Positions 25,335 to 34,875 of a stretch of 64,000 nt of DNA are shown here, in pieces (position 1 is the first letter of the stretch; each line of letters begins with the position of its first letter). The stretch is from a virus. Taxonomy: Duplodnaviria > Caudoviricetes. The translations under genes were made by a program, and so were the position numbers. The notes under the pieces are model-generated. The model saw only the letters and a program-made list of their open reading frames with translations, made no database searches and had not been told where the DNA came from. The DNA lies in IMG/VR virus record IMGVR_UViG_3300032086_004057, positions 1 through 64,000 of that record; one strand, 5' to 3'.

Positions 25335-25560
25335 CTAGCGAGCTTTTCTTGTAAACATTTTGAGGTCTACCCATTCCACCCTTTTGCCTAACGATGGTGA
25401 TTTCTCCAGATTCAACGGCTTTGTTTATTCTAGCGTGCACTGACACTCTGGAGAGCTTACCTTGCATCACTGATGCGACTTCTTTAGCTGTGAATTCTGT
25501 ATCGGGCCAATCCAAGAACACTGGCTTTCTACCTCTTTTAGTATTAGTATTTGTAGTCAT
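25327..25560 (-). CDS. small winged-HTH DNA-binding protein
   Basis: FTAKEVA...SRVSVHARINKAVESGEI...GRPQNVY. Confidence 0.65.
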   Translation of the reverse strand: MTTNTNTKRGRKPVFLDWPDTEFTAKEVASVMQGKLSRVSVHARINKAVESGEITIVRQKGGMGRPQNVYKKSSLGG

Positions 25561-25638
25561 CTACCTCGAAGATATATACTTTTTTAAATGTAGTCAATAT
25601 TTTTTGAAAAAAAAAATTTTAATGATAGTGTTTAATAT

Positions 25639-26046
25639 ATGACAATTTTAGAAGCATGTGTTAAAGCTTATAAGTGGTTTGAAAAAAATGATTATTTTGA
25701 GTTAGAAAGAGACTTCAAAAAAGTAGTTTTAATTACCGAATCCGAAGAAGAAGATAAGGCTTGCTTGCTGTGTGCGTTGAATAAACTCGTTGAACAGAAA
25801 GCTATTTCTAAAGGGTACATGCACGGCAAAGATATATACATATTAAATAAACCGTTAGATTCATTGGAGCAAGATGTGACAATAGATGCAGAGACCGCCT
25901 TAAAGGTTTCTGAGGTTATAAACAAATTTTGCGATGAAATTAAAGACCACAAGGATGTGTCTGACCCATCTAAGATAACTAACAAAGATATTTTTAATTT
26001 ATCATTAATTTTAGAGAGTTACCAAAACCAAAATTCTCTTGACTAA
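25639..26046 (+). CDS. hypothetical protein, first gene after the strand switch
   Basis: ORF track, 135 aa. Confidence 0.65.
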   Translation: MTILEACVKAYKWFEKNDYFELERDFKKVVLITESEEEDKACLLCALNKLVEQKAISKGYMHGKDIYILNKPLDSLEQDVTIDAETALKVSEVINKFCDEIKDHKDVSDPSKITNKDIFNLSLILESYQNQNSLD

Positions 26047-26066
26047 ATGTCAAAAAATAATACTAT
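26039..26066 (+). promoter_or_regulatory. sigma70-type promoter
   Basis: TTGACT-N16-TACTAT. Confidence 0.55.
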
Positions 26067-26071
26067 AGAGC

Positions 26072-26465
26072 AAAAGGTTTAAACCCTTTTAACCTCGCTG
26101 AGAGAAATCAGTAGAGTTTCCTGAGACAACCGAAGTAAAGTAGGGTGGTAGCTGGCTTGCTACCAAGTCAAAAGGTAGCCTCTCATTATATACATGAGAC
26201 TTAAAGGACGCACGGTTAATTACCGTGGGAATGCCCGCCGTATTGTGGTATATCAGACGTAATCGAAGTTTTTGAGTACAGTCCCTTCAGCCTTATTAAA
26301 GGTAGTCTGGTAGCGAAAATTATTTCGCCAGTATATTGTCGCAGAATGTCCCATCTGCATAAACAACACAGGGGCTATGGAAAAGCTTCATGGCGTTAAA
26401 GACTATATGCACAGTGCCCCCCTTACTGGGGGGGGTACTTGTGTCTATAGTGCTTGGAAAAGCAT
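26072..26465 (+). ncRNA. candidate large structured ncRNA, or a structured replication-origin region
   Basis: About 400 nt, ORF-free and GC-richer than its flanks, with at least 10 hairpins readable by eye. Confidence 0.55.
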
Positions 26466-26490
26466 TCAGCGTTAGAATATATAAAAAATT

Positions 26491-27216
26491 ATGAATGAAC
26501 AAAAAAATAAACCTACTTCACTATTTGTGGCTACCCCATGCTACGGCGGCATGGTTACACAAGAGTATACATTAAGTATGCTTAATTTGACTCATGCTTG
26601 TTTAATTAATAATATTAATTTAAACGTTAGGTTAGTGGGTAATGAAAGCTTGATTACAAGAGGTAGGAATCATCTTGTTTCAGCATTTATGGCTTCCGAT
26701 TTTGAAAACTTTATGTTTATTGACGCGGACATAGAGTTTGACGCTATGGATGTTATAAAAATGCTAAAGTATGATGAGTTAGTTCTATCTGGGGCTTACC
26801 CGCTAAAGACTGAACCTATCAAGTATGTTGTAAATGGAATGAGTAATGAAAAGCATAATAAATATGAAAATTTACTATCTGTAAGGGATACTGGCACTGG
26901 TTTTTTACTTTTCAAAAGAGAGGTTATAGAAAAAATGAAAAAAGCCTACCCAGAGCTCCATTATGAGACTGATCTAGATTGTGAGTCATACATGGGAATT
27001 CAAGATGAAAATTACAAAAATAAATTAAAGGAAAATCTTTACAGTTTGTTTGACACAATGCATGACACAGAAGATAACAATAGGTACCTATCTGAAGATT
27101 TTACCTTTTGTAAAAGATGGAAAGACATAGGTGGTGAGATTTGGTTGGACACAGACATAAACTTGAGTCATGTTGGTAGAAAGAAATACGTAGGAGATTC
27201 AGATAAAATAAAATGA
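26491..27216 (+). CDS. GT-A fold glycosyltransferase-like protein
   Basis: VATPCYGG, LITRGRN, FIDADI (DxD), GTGF and YLSEDFTFC. Confidence 0.8.
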   Translation: MNEQKNKPTSLFVATPCYGGMVTQEYTLSMLNLTHACLINNINLNVRLVGNESLITRGRNHLVSAFMASDFENFMFIDADIEFDAMDVIKMLKYDELVLSGAYPLKTEPIKYVVNGMSNEKHNKYENLLSVRDTGTGFLLFKREVIEKMKKAYPELHYETDLDCESYMGIQDENYKNKLKENLYSLFDTMHDTEDNNRYLSEDFTFCKRWKDIGGEIWLDTDINLSHVGRKKYVGDSDKIK

Positions 27217-27833
27217 AGATAATCGGATTAGCTGGGGTAGCTGGAGCAGGTAAAGATTTGTTTTGTAAACTACTGTCAGAAGAACTCGACTGCCAAAGGT
27301 TTTCATTAGGTGATGAACTTAAAGAGGAGATAAAGCCTCACTGCTTAAAGCACTTCAACATCGACCCCACTACATGCTCTAGAGAGGATAAAAATTTTTT
27401 AAGGCCAATCCTTGTTTCTCACGCAGGAGCTAAAAGAAAAATGTCAAAAGGAAGATACTGGATAGACAAAGTTGACCCAAAATTAAAGAATTATTTTTTT
27501 GAACGTAATGTAGGAAATCAAAACACAGAAAATCAAGTTTGCTGCGTTACTGATATAAGATACTGCGAATACGATCACGATGAAGTATCTTGGTTAAAAA
27601 ATGAATTAAATGGTATTTTAGTTCATATATCTCAATTTAAAATTATTAATTCACAGAGAGTTTTAAAATCTGGCGCAAATGAAGATGAAATCAAGTACGA
27701 CCCAATACTTAAAAGTTTATCTGACATTTCTTACGAGTGCGAGTTCATTGAAGGAGATTTAGAGTCTGTAGAATTAAAGCTTAAAAATAGTGTGATAAAA
27801 GATTTTTTAAAACAATTAAAAAAACTACCTTGA
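27213..27833 (+). CDS. deoxynucleoside monophosphate kinase-like protein
   Basis: IIGLAGVAGAGKD, R.ILV, YWI and VTDIRY..E. Confidence 0.75.
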   Translation: MKIIGLAGVAGAGKDLFCKLLSEELDCQRFSLGDELKEEIKPHCLKHFNIDPTTCSREDKNFLRPILVSHAGAKRKMSKGRYWIDKVDPKLKNYFFERNVGNQNTENQVCCVTDIRYCEYDHDEVSWLKNELNGILVHISQFKIINSQRVLKSGANEDEIKYDPILKSLSDISYECEFIEGDLESVELKLKNSVIKDFLKQLKKLP

Positions 27834-27867
27834 CATATTTTAAAAAAATACATAACTTAGTCGAAGC

Positions 27868-28179
27868 ATGAGTGATTCAAATCAAACTAATAACGGCGGA
27901 GATTGGAAAGACAGAGAGATCGGAGCTCTTTGGTTAAAGAAGAGCGCCTCTGGCACAAAATATCTTTCTGGTCATATCGAGACTGGGGAAAACGACGATA
28001 TCGATTCTGAGAAAACTAGAGTTATTGTTTTCGCTAATAAAGACAAGAAAAACGATAGAGCTCCAGATTACAGAATGTACCTATCGGAAACTCCTCAGAG
28101 CTCTGGTAAGAGCAAAGAGTCTTCAGCTACTGAAACTCAAGATGCCGTAGAAGAAGACGAAGAGCTTGATGTCCTATAA
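27868..28179 (+). CDS. DUF736-like protein, candidate ssDNA-binding protein
   Basis: IGALWLKKSASGTKYLSG...NKDKKNDRAPDY; acidic tail. Confidence 0.55.
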   Translation: MSDSNQTNNGGDWKDREIGALWLKKSASGTKYLSGHIETGENDDIDSEKTRVIVFANKDKKNDRAPDYRMYLSETPQSSGKSKESSATETQDAVEEDEELDVL

Positions 28180-28188
28180 AAGATATTC

Positions 28189-29271
28189 ATGAGCTTCTCT
28201 TTTAATGCTCCATTAGGAGAAGTCTCTTTTGGGCAGGTATCAACCCTGCTCCTAAGAGGCTTTTTTTCTCGTGATTTACACCCAAACGTATTTGTAATTG
28301 GGCAAAATCCTACTTTTTCATCACAAAAACAGGATCAAGCTTTTTTTAGCTATGTAAATCAATGCATCGGGAAAGCTCACGAGTCTCACTCTAGAGATAC
28401 CCCATGCTTAAAGCTTTGGCACCTTAATCAAGGGATGGATTCCTTTTCTAAAACTCACTATCTTTTTACGTTTTATGAGTTAGATCAACCAACAAGCTAC
28501 GAGATAAATGTTGCTAAAAATTGTGATAAATTAATTTTTACAAATAATTATACTAAAGATGTGTTTGATCAGTTCGGAGTAGAAAGCGAAGTCGTCCCCC
28601 TTGCTTTTGATAGCTTTAATTTTAAAAAATTAAATAAAAATTACTTCGATGACGATAGGATCGTTTTTAACCTCTCTGGTAAATTCGAAAAAAGAAAACA
28701 CCACGAAAAAATTATCAGAGCTTGGAGTAAAAAATTTGGTAATAACAAGAAATATTACCTACAGTGCTCGCTTTACAACCCATTCTTAAACGAACAATTA
28801 AATAAGCAAAACTTCGTAAGATCGTTAGACGGTAAAAGTTATTTTAATATACAATTCCTTGGTCACATGCCAACTAATGAACTCTATAATGATTACTTAA
28901 ATTCTGGAGACATCATTATAGGTATGTCTGGCGCGGAGGGTTGGGGCTTACCTGAGTTTCAGTCTACGGCTATCGGGAAGCACTCTGTAATCCTTGACGC
29001 GCATGGGTATAAAGAATGGGCAAACGAAGAAAATAGCACACTCGTACAGCCAAATGGAAAAATTGAAGCTTACGATGGCTTATTCTTTAAACCGAATCAA
29101 CCCTACAATCAGGGTAATATATATGACTTTTCTGAGGATGATTTCATATCCGCTTGTGAAGAGGCGATAAAGAAAACTGAATCCAATAAGATTAATGAAA
29201 GTGGGTTAAAAATACAAAAAGACTTCTCACTTGATAATACTTTAGATAAACTTCTATCCATTATAGGGTAA
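28189..29271 (+). CDS. GT-B (GT4-like) glycosyltransferase
   Basis: GKFEKRKHHE and EGWGLPEFQS. Confidence 0.85.
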   Translation: MSFSFNAPLGEVSFGQVSTLLLRGFFSRDLHPNVFVIGQNPTFSSQKQDQAFFSYVNQCIGKAHESHSRDTPCLKLWHLNQGMDSFSKTHYLFTFYELDQPTSYEINVAKNCDKLIFTNNYTKDVFDQFGVESEVVPLAFDSFNFKKLNKNYFDDDRIVFNLSGKFEKRKHHEKIIRAWSKKFGNNKKYYLQCSLYNPFLNEQLNKQNFVRSLDGKSYFNIQFLGHMPTNELYNDYLNSGDIIIGMSGAEGWGLPEFQSTAIGKHSVILDAHGYKEWANEENSTLVQPNGKIEAYDGLFFKPNQPYNQGNIYDFSEDDFISACEEAIKKTESNKINESGLKIQKDFSLDNTLDKLLSIIG

Positions 29272-29272
29272 A

Positions 29273-29656
29273 ATGCCGATATACATTTTCCAGAACCCGA
29301 CCACTCAAGAGGTAATTGAAATCCAGCAGAGGGTGAAAGACGAACATAAGTATACCGATGAAAACGGATTAGAATGGAACAGGGTTTTTACCGTACCAAA
29401 CGCAAGTGTACCGAATATGACTAGAATAGACGCTGGCTCTGAGAAAGACTTTATGGCTAAAACTCAAGGCTCAGGGGGCACATACGGTGACCTTTTCGAT
29501 TTATCTAAAGAGTTAAGCGAAAAAAGAAAATCCAAAAGCGCAGATGGAAAAGACCCAGTTGAGCAAAAATTCTTCAAAAATTATTCCAACAAAAGAAAAG
29601 GGTTAAAACATCAAAACGATAAACGCTCTAGCTCTGGCGGGACATTAGAAGTATGA
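29273..29656 (+). CDS. FmdB-like hypothetical protein
   Basis: MPIYIFQNP..EVIE start resembles the FmdB zinc ribbon without the Cys residues. Confidence 0.5.
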   Translation: MPIYIFQNPTTQEVIEIQQRVKDEHKYTDENGLEWNRVFTVPNASVPNMTRIDAGSEKDFMAKTQGSGGTYGDLFDLSKELSEKRKSKSADGKDPVEQKFFKNYSNKRKGLKHQNDKRSSSGGTLEV

Positions 29657-30918
29657 AATTTTCTATTTTCACGCCTTCTCACAACTTAAAAAGAATTGAT
29701 CGCACCATAGAAAGCGTAGCGAATCAGTCGTTTAAAGATTTCGAATGGATAATCTGCCTTAATAACGACGCGCTAGATTCCGATTTAGAGCTAAAAGCCA
29801 AATTAATGGATAAAGGTATTACCTATAAAATACTTAAATGGCATGGTGATACAGACAAAATAGGAGCCCTCAAAAAATTCTGCTGCGCTAAATCTCAGGG
29901 CGAATTATTATTAGAATTAGATCACGATGATGAACTTTCCCCAGATTGTCTAGAGGAGATTAACAAAGCTCACGAGCAACATAAAGCTGATTTTTATTAC
30001 TCAGATGATATAGATATCGTTGAGTCAAGCGGTGAATCTATAGCGCCTTACTCAGAAGAGTTTGGGTGGAAATACTATAAATGCGAACGCACTGGTATGA
30101 CCGCAACCAGAGCTTTTAGTCCATCCCCTCTTACGTTTAGCTATATATGGTACGCTCCAAATCACGTAAGAGTATGGTCTAAGTCTTTTTACGAATCTAT
30201 AGGTGGTCACAACGAGGAAATGGATATTCTGGATGACCACGAGCTTCTTTGCAGAACTTACATCGAAGGTAAAGTATTTCACATAGAAAAACCGTTGTAC
30301 ATTTACTGGAGACACGAAGAGAATACTTGCTACGGCGAGAAAAATGCAAAAATACAAAACTTAACTGTTGAGCTTCATGATAAATACATTCAAGACCTTT
30401 GTAAGAAATGGAGCGACATTAACAATCTTAAAAAATTAGACCTCTGTTGTCATCAATACAAAGCTGAAGGCTTTTCTGGAGTAGATGCTTACCCCTACCC
30501 AAACGTTGACGTAGTGTGCGACCTAGATAAACCCGATTGGCCATTCGAAGATAATAGCGTTGGCGTTTTCAGAATGCAGGACGCGCTAGAACATTTAAAA
30601 AACCCAGTTCAAACAATGAAAGAGCTATATAGATGTCTGGCTCCCAATGGGTGGGTTTTAATCAACGTGCCAAACACGGATGGTAGAGGAGCATTTCAAG
30701 ACCCCACTCACGTTTCATTTTGGAATAGTAACAGTTTTTGGTATTACACTAAGGCTCAACAAGCTCAGTTTATTAATACCCCAGTAAAATTCAAATTGGC
30801 AAGAATAGCAAATTACTATCCATCTCAATTTCACGAAACTCACCTAATAGGGTATACTAAAGCTCACTTAATGAAGCTTGAGGACGGTGTTATTCCCGCT
30901 GGTGGTAGAGAAATCTAA
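29653..30918 (+). CDS. GT2 glycosyltransferase fused to a class I methyltransferase domain
   Basis: SIFTPSHN and ELDHDDEL; C-terminal DALEHL...ELYRCLAPNG...AFQDPTH. Confidence 0.85.
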   Translation: MKFSIFTPSHNLKRIDRTIESVANQSFKDFEWIICLNNDALDSDLELKAKLMDKGITYKILKWHGDTDKIGALKKFCCAKSQGELLLELDHDDELSPDCLEEINKAHEQHKADFYYSDDIDIVESSGESIAPYSEEFGWKYYKCERTGMTATRAFSPSPLTFSYIWYAPNHVRVWSKSFYESIGGHNEEMDILDDHELLCRTYIEGKVFHIEKPLYIYWRHEENTCYGEKNAKIQNLTVELHDKYIQDLCKKWSDINNLKKLDLCCHQYKAEGFSGVDAYPYPNVDVVCDLDKPDWPFEDNSVGVFRMQDALEHLKNPVQTMKELYRCLAPNGWVLINVPNTDGRGAFQDPTHVSFWNSNSFWYYTKAQQAQFINTPVKFKLARIANYYPSQFHETHLIGYTKAHLMKLEDGVIPAGGREI

Positions 30919-31024
30919 CCATCTCTACACAATTTTTATTTGCAGAAAAAGTATTTTTCTTATTCTGTAAATTTTACTTTCTTTAAGAGAAAAAAAATGT
31001 AAATATACTCGAACTATTTAATAA

Positions 31025-33466
31025 ATGAACTCCTCAGATTTACAAGTTAAGAAAAGAAACGGTAGACTCGAAAAGCTCGATATTTCTAAAATCAATAAAT
31101 GCGCCGAAAGAGCTTGCGATAATTTAGACAGTGTTTCAGCCAGTGAAGTTGTTTTAGATGCTCATGTTCAACTTTACGATAAAATTACAACAAAAGAGAT
31201 AGATAAAGCGCTAGTTATGTCCGCTAGGCAAAAAATGGACAAAGAACCAAACTATTCGTATGTAGCAGCCAAACTACTACTTGGAAATATTCACAAAGAA
31301 GTTTTTGGCTCTAGCGTAGATAAGGATGTATTCGATAGCCAGTACAGATTATCTTTTATTAAAAATATTAAATCTTTAATCAAGGAAAATATCCTTAATG
31401 AAAAGCTCCTAGACTTTGACTTAAAAAAGCTATCAGAATCATTACAGCTTGAAAGAGATTTCAAGTTTAAATACCTTGGGTTGCAAATATTAAATGATAG
31501 ATACTTCCATAAAGTTAACGGCAGAGTTATGGAGTCGCCTCAATCCTTCTGGATGAGAGTAGCGATGGGTCTCGCTATAAACGAAGAAGATAAAAACGAA
31601 AAAGCTATCGAGTTCTATAATGTCCTTTCGGAGTTTAGATTGTGCTGCTCGACACCGACATTATTTAACAGTGGTAGTAATCGTAGCCAGCTTTCTAGCT
31701 GTTATCTGAACACTTTCGACGATTCTATTGATGGAATTTTTGACGGAGCTTGGCAGGAAGCTAGAAAATCTAAATACGCTGGAGGCTTAGGGTTTGATGT
31801 TTCTAATTTTAGGTCTTCTGGTTCTCATATTAAGGGTACCAATGGAACATCTAGCGGATTAGTGCCTTGGCTTAAAATCTACAACGACCTTTTGGTTGCC
31901 GTCAACCAAGGCGGGAAAAGACCAGGTGCTGGGTGCGCGTACTTGGAGCCTTGGCATCTAGACATAGAAGAGTTCCTCGATCTTAAAAAGAACACTGGAG
32001 ACGAACGCAGACGCTGCCATGATTTAAATACAGCCAACTGGTTAAATAACCTTTTCCTAGAGTATGTTAAAAGCGACAAAGATTGGTATCTTTTCTCCCC
32101 ATCCGATGTTCGCGATCTGCATGAATTGTATGGTGATAACTTCGATAAGAAGTATAAAAAATACTGCAAGCTTGCTGATAACGGTGAGTTGAAAAATTTT
32201 AAAATCGTAAAAGCAAAAGATTTGTGGAAAAGAATGCTGAGAGTGCTTTTTGAAACTGGTCATCCTTGGATGACCTTCAAAGATAACTCAAACATGAGAT
32301 ACTCTAATTCACACGAAGGTGTGATTCATAGCTCAAACCTATGTACCGAAATTTTCTTACACACTAAACCCTCGTTATTTAAAGAAGGGGATAAGGTAGA
32401 GGTTGGAGAAACTGCGGTGTGCAACCTTAGCTCTGTAAACCTAAACCAGCACATCAAAGAAGATAACACTCTTGATTTTGAATTGCTTGCGGAGACTATA
32501 GCCATTCAAATGAGAATGCTCGATAATGTTATTGACTTAAATTTTTACCCAACTCAAGAGGCCGAAAAATCAAACTTAAAGCACAGACCTATCGGGGCTG
32601 GCTCAATGGGTTGGCATGATGTTTTTCACGCTTACAATATTAGCTACTCGTCAAAAGATGCTGTTAAGTTCTCAGATGAGCTTTATGAGTTTATTTCTTA
32701 TCATTGCATCTTAAACTCAAGTAAAATCGCGAAAGAAAAAGGCGCTTACTCTACCTACGAGGGTTCGCTTTGGAGTAAAGGCGTTTTACCCATTGATACT
32801 TACAAGTCATTAATGGAATACCTTGATGAAAAACCTATCTTACACAGAGGCAAAAAGTATTGTCCAGAAGTGAATTGGAACGCTGCGAGAGATCATATCT
32901 CTGAAAACGGAATGAGAAACAGCAATACTATGGCTATCGCCCCTACTGCAACCATCTCTTATATCCAAGGGTGTTCGCCATCGATTGATCCAGATTTTTC
33001 GACTTTCTTTGTTTACGAAAATAAAAGCGGCAACCTATTTATCACTAATGAATGGTTCGTTAACAAATGCAAAAAACTCGGTATATGGAACAAGCCTTTT
33101 ATTGAGGCTCTTAAATCAGCAGATGGAGACGTTTCGCTATTAGATTCGTCAACTATCCCAGAGGAACTAAAAGAAAACTACAAAACCGCATTTGATCAAG
33201 ATCAATTCAATTTAGTTGATTGCGCTGCCGCTAGACAAAAATGGATTGACATGGGTCAGTCACTTAATTTGTTTAATAATTCAACGTCGTTAAAGCATTT
33301 GAACGATCTTTACTTTCATGCTAAAGATAGAGGCCTTAAAAGCACCTATTACCTTAGAAACAAAAGCGCAAGTAAAATAGAAAAAACAACCAAATCGAGC
33401 GCTCCTGAAACGCAAGAGCAAAAAGCTTGCTCGATCATTGACCCGACATGTGAAAGTTGTCAATAA
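31025..33466 (+). CDS. nrdA: ribonucleotide reductase class I alpha subunit with ATP cone
   Basis: VKKRNG ATP cone, SSCYL, SNLCTE, APTATIS, STYYLR and C-terminal CESC. Confidence 0.98.
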   Translation: MNSSDLQVKKRNGRLEKLDISKINKCAERACDNLDSVSASEVVLDAHVQLYDKITTKEIDKALVMSARQKMDKEPNYSYVAAKLLLGNIHKEVFGSSVDKDVFDSQYRLSFIKNIKSLIKENILNEKLLDFDLKKLSESLQLERDFKFKYLGLQILNDRYFHKVNGRVMESPQSFWMRVAMGLAINEEDKNEKAIEFYNVLSEFRLCCSTPTLFNSGSNRSQLSSCYLNTFDDSIDGIFDGAWQEARKSKYAGGLGFDVSNFRSSGSHIKGTNGTSSGLVPWLKIYNDLLVAVNQGGKRPGAGCAYLEPWHLDIEEFLDLKKNTGDERRRCHDLNTANWLNNLFLEYVKSDKDWYLFSPSDVRDLHELYGDNFDKKYKKYCKLADNGELKNFKIVKAKDLWKRMLRVLFETGHPWMTFKDNSNMRYSNSHEGVIHSSNLCTEIFLHTKPSLFKEGDKVEVGETAVCNLSSVNLNQHIKEDNTLDFELLAETIAIQMRMLDNVIDLNFYPTQEAEKSNLKHRPIGAGSMGWHDVFHAYNISYSSKDAVKFSDELYEFISYHCILNSSKIAKEKGAYSTYEGSLWSKGVLPIDTYKSLMEYLDEKPILHRGKKYCPEVNWNAARDHISENGMRNSNTMAIAPTATISYIQGCSPSIDPDFSTFFVYENKSGNLFITNEWFVNKCKKLGIWNKPFIEALKSADGDVSLLDSSTIPEELKENYKTAFDQDQFNLVDCAAARQKWIDMGQSLNLFNNSTSLKHLNDLYFHAKDRGLKSTYYLRNKSASKIEKTTKSSAPETQEQKACSIIDPTCESCQ

Positions 33467-33504
33467 ATTGTATAAGTATTGTATAAATTAGTGTATAAAA
33501 TATT

Positions 33505-34515
33505 ATGAGTAAAAGTGGATTATTATTGGGTGAAGAAATAGCGGGCGTGAATCAAATTTTACCCCATAAACATCAGTTCGCATGGGATTTATTCCTTAAA
33601 GGTGTAGCAAATAACTGGTCTCCGTCCGAGATAAATATGACCGATGACGTTGACCAATGGAAGGGTGAAGAACTTACTGAAGATGAAAAATTACTCGTTA
33701 AAAGATGTCTTGGCTTTTTTGCTGGAAGTGAGTCCTTGGTTGGCAATAATCTACTTCTTACTGTCGCGAAATGGGTGACAGACGCTGAGTGCCGCCAATA
33801 CATACTTAGACAAGCTTACGAAGAATCTCTGCATAACTGGACTGTAGTTACATGTTGCGACAGTTTTAATTTAAAAGTTTCAGAGGTTTATGAGGCTTAC
33901 AACAACATTCCATCCATCAAGGCCAAAGACGACTTCTTGATGGAGATTACTAGCGATATAAATAGAAACGATTTTACCACTAAAACAGCAGAAGGAAAAA
34001 AAGAGTTTTTAAGAAACTTAGTAACTTACTATATAGTCTGCGAAGGTACATTCTTTTTTAGCGGTTTCGCGATGCTTCTAGCTCTAGGAAGACAAAAGAA
34101 GTTAATAGGGCTGAACGATCAAATTAAATACACGCTTAGAGACGAAAGTCTGCATATCCAGTTCGGTACTTACTTAATCAACACGATTAAAGAGCAATAC
34201 CCGACTATTTGGAGTAAGAAATTTGAAGAAGAAACAGTTGACCACATCAAGAAAGCTGTAGAGCTTGAAATTAATTACGCTCATGATGTACTTCCTCGCG
34301 GCATTTTAGGTTTAAACGCTGATATGTTCGTCGATTACATGCAGTACATTGGTAACAGAAGACTCGAAGGGATTGGTATCGACTACCGCTTTGATAGCGA
34401 TAACAACCCATTCCCTTGGCTTTCCGAAGTGGTAGACACTGGGGCAATGACGAACTTTTTTGAAAGAAAAGTCAAAGACTATCAAAATTCTGGAGTTCTT
34501 GAGGACGATTTTTAA
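33505..34515 (+). CDS. nrdB: ribonucleotide reductase beta subunit, class Ic-like
   Basis: FFAGSESLV, EESLHNWTV, CEGTFF, RDESLH and NFFERKVKDY. Confidence 0.95.
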   Translation: MSKSGLLLGEEIAGVNQILPHKHQFAWDLFLKGVANNWSPSEINMTDDVDQWKGEELTEDEKLLVKRCLGFFAGSESLVGNNLLLTVAKWVTDAECRQYILRQAYEESLHNWTVVTCCDSFNLKVSEVYEAYNNIPSIKAKDDFLMEITSDINRNDFTTKTAEGKKEFLRNLVTYYIVCEGTFFFSGFAMLLALGRQKKLIGLNDQIKYTLRDESLHIQFGTYLINTIKEQYPTIWSKKFEEETVDHIKKAVELEINYAHDVLPRGILGLNADMFVDYMQYIGNRRLEGIGIDYRFDSDNNPFPWLSEVVDTGAMTNFFERKVKDYQNSGVLEDDF

Positions 34516-34537
34516 AAAATAAGTGTATTAATATTAC

Positions 34538-34840
34538 ATGGAAGGCTCAGTCGATCTACAGACGTTTGTAAACATAGCTATAGGTTTAATATCCTTTTTC
34601 GGTGGGTGGATTCTCAAGGTTATTTGGGAGAAAACCAACGTTAACGCTGGCCATATAGAAGAATTGCGTGAACACCACGAGGAAGACTTAAAAGAAGCTA
34701 GGCAAAAAATAAACGACCTAGCCCTCAGTATGCCTGAGAAGTATGTTTCGAAAAGCGATTTTGACAATTTAGTTAAAGTTGTTCATCATAGGTTTGATAG
34801 GCTTGAAGAGAAAATAGACCACCTATCAGGCAGAAATTAA
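34538..34840 (+). CDS. holin-like membrane/coiled-coil protein
   Basis: One N-terminal TM helix followed by a coiled coil; own AAGTGTA motif. Confidence 0.45.
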   Translation: MEGSVDLQTFVNIAIGLISFFGGWILKVIWEKTNVNAGHIEELREHHEEDLKEARQKINDLALSMPEKYVSKSDFDNLVKVVHHRFDRLEEKIDHLSGRN

Positions 34841-34875
34841 TTGATTTTCAGTCAAATACCCGTTAAAATATACGG

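Noticed and set aside
26395-26455. Group I intron P7-like elements (GACTAT...TATAGT)
   Set aside because: The G-binding G-C pair is not formed (TAGTG rather than TAGTC) and no interrupted host gene flanks the region
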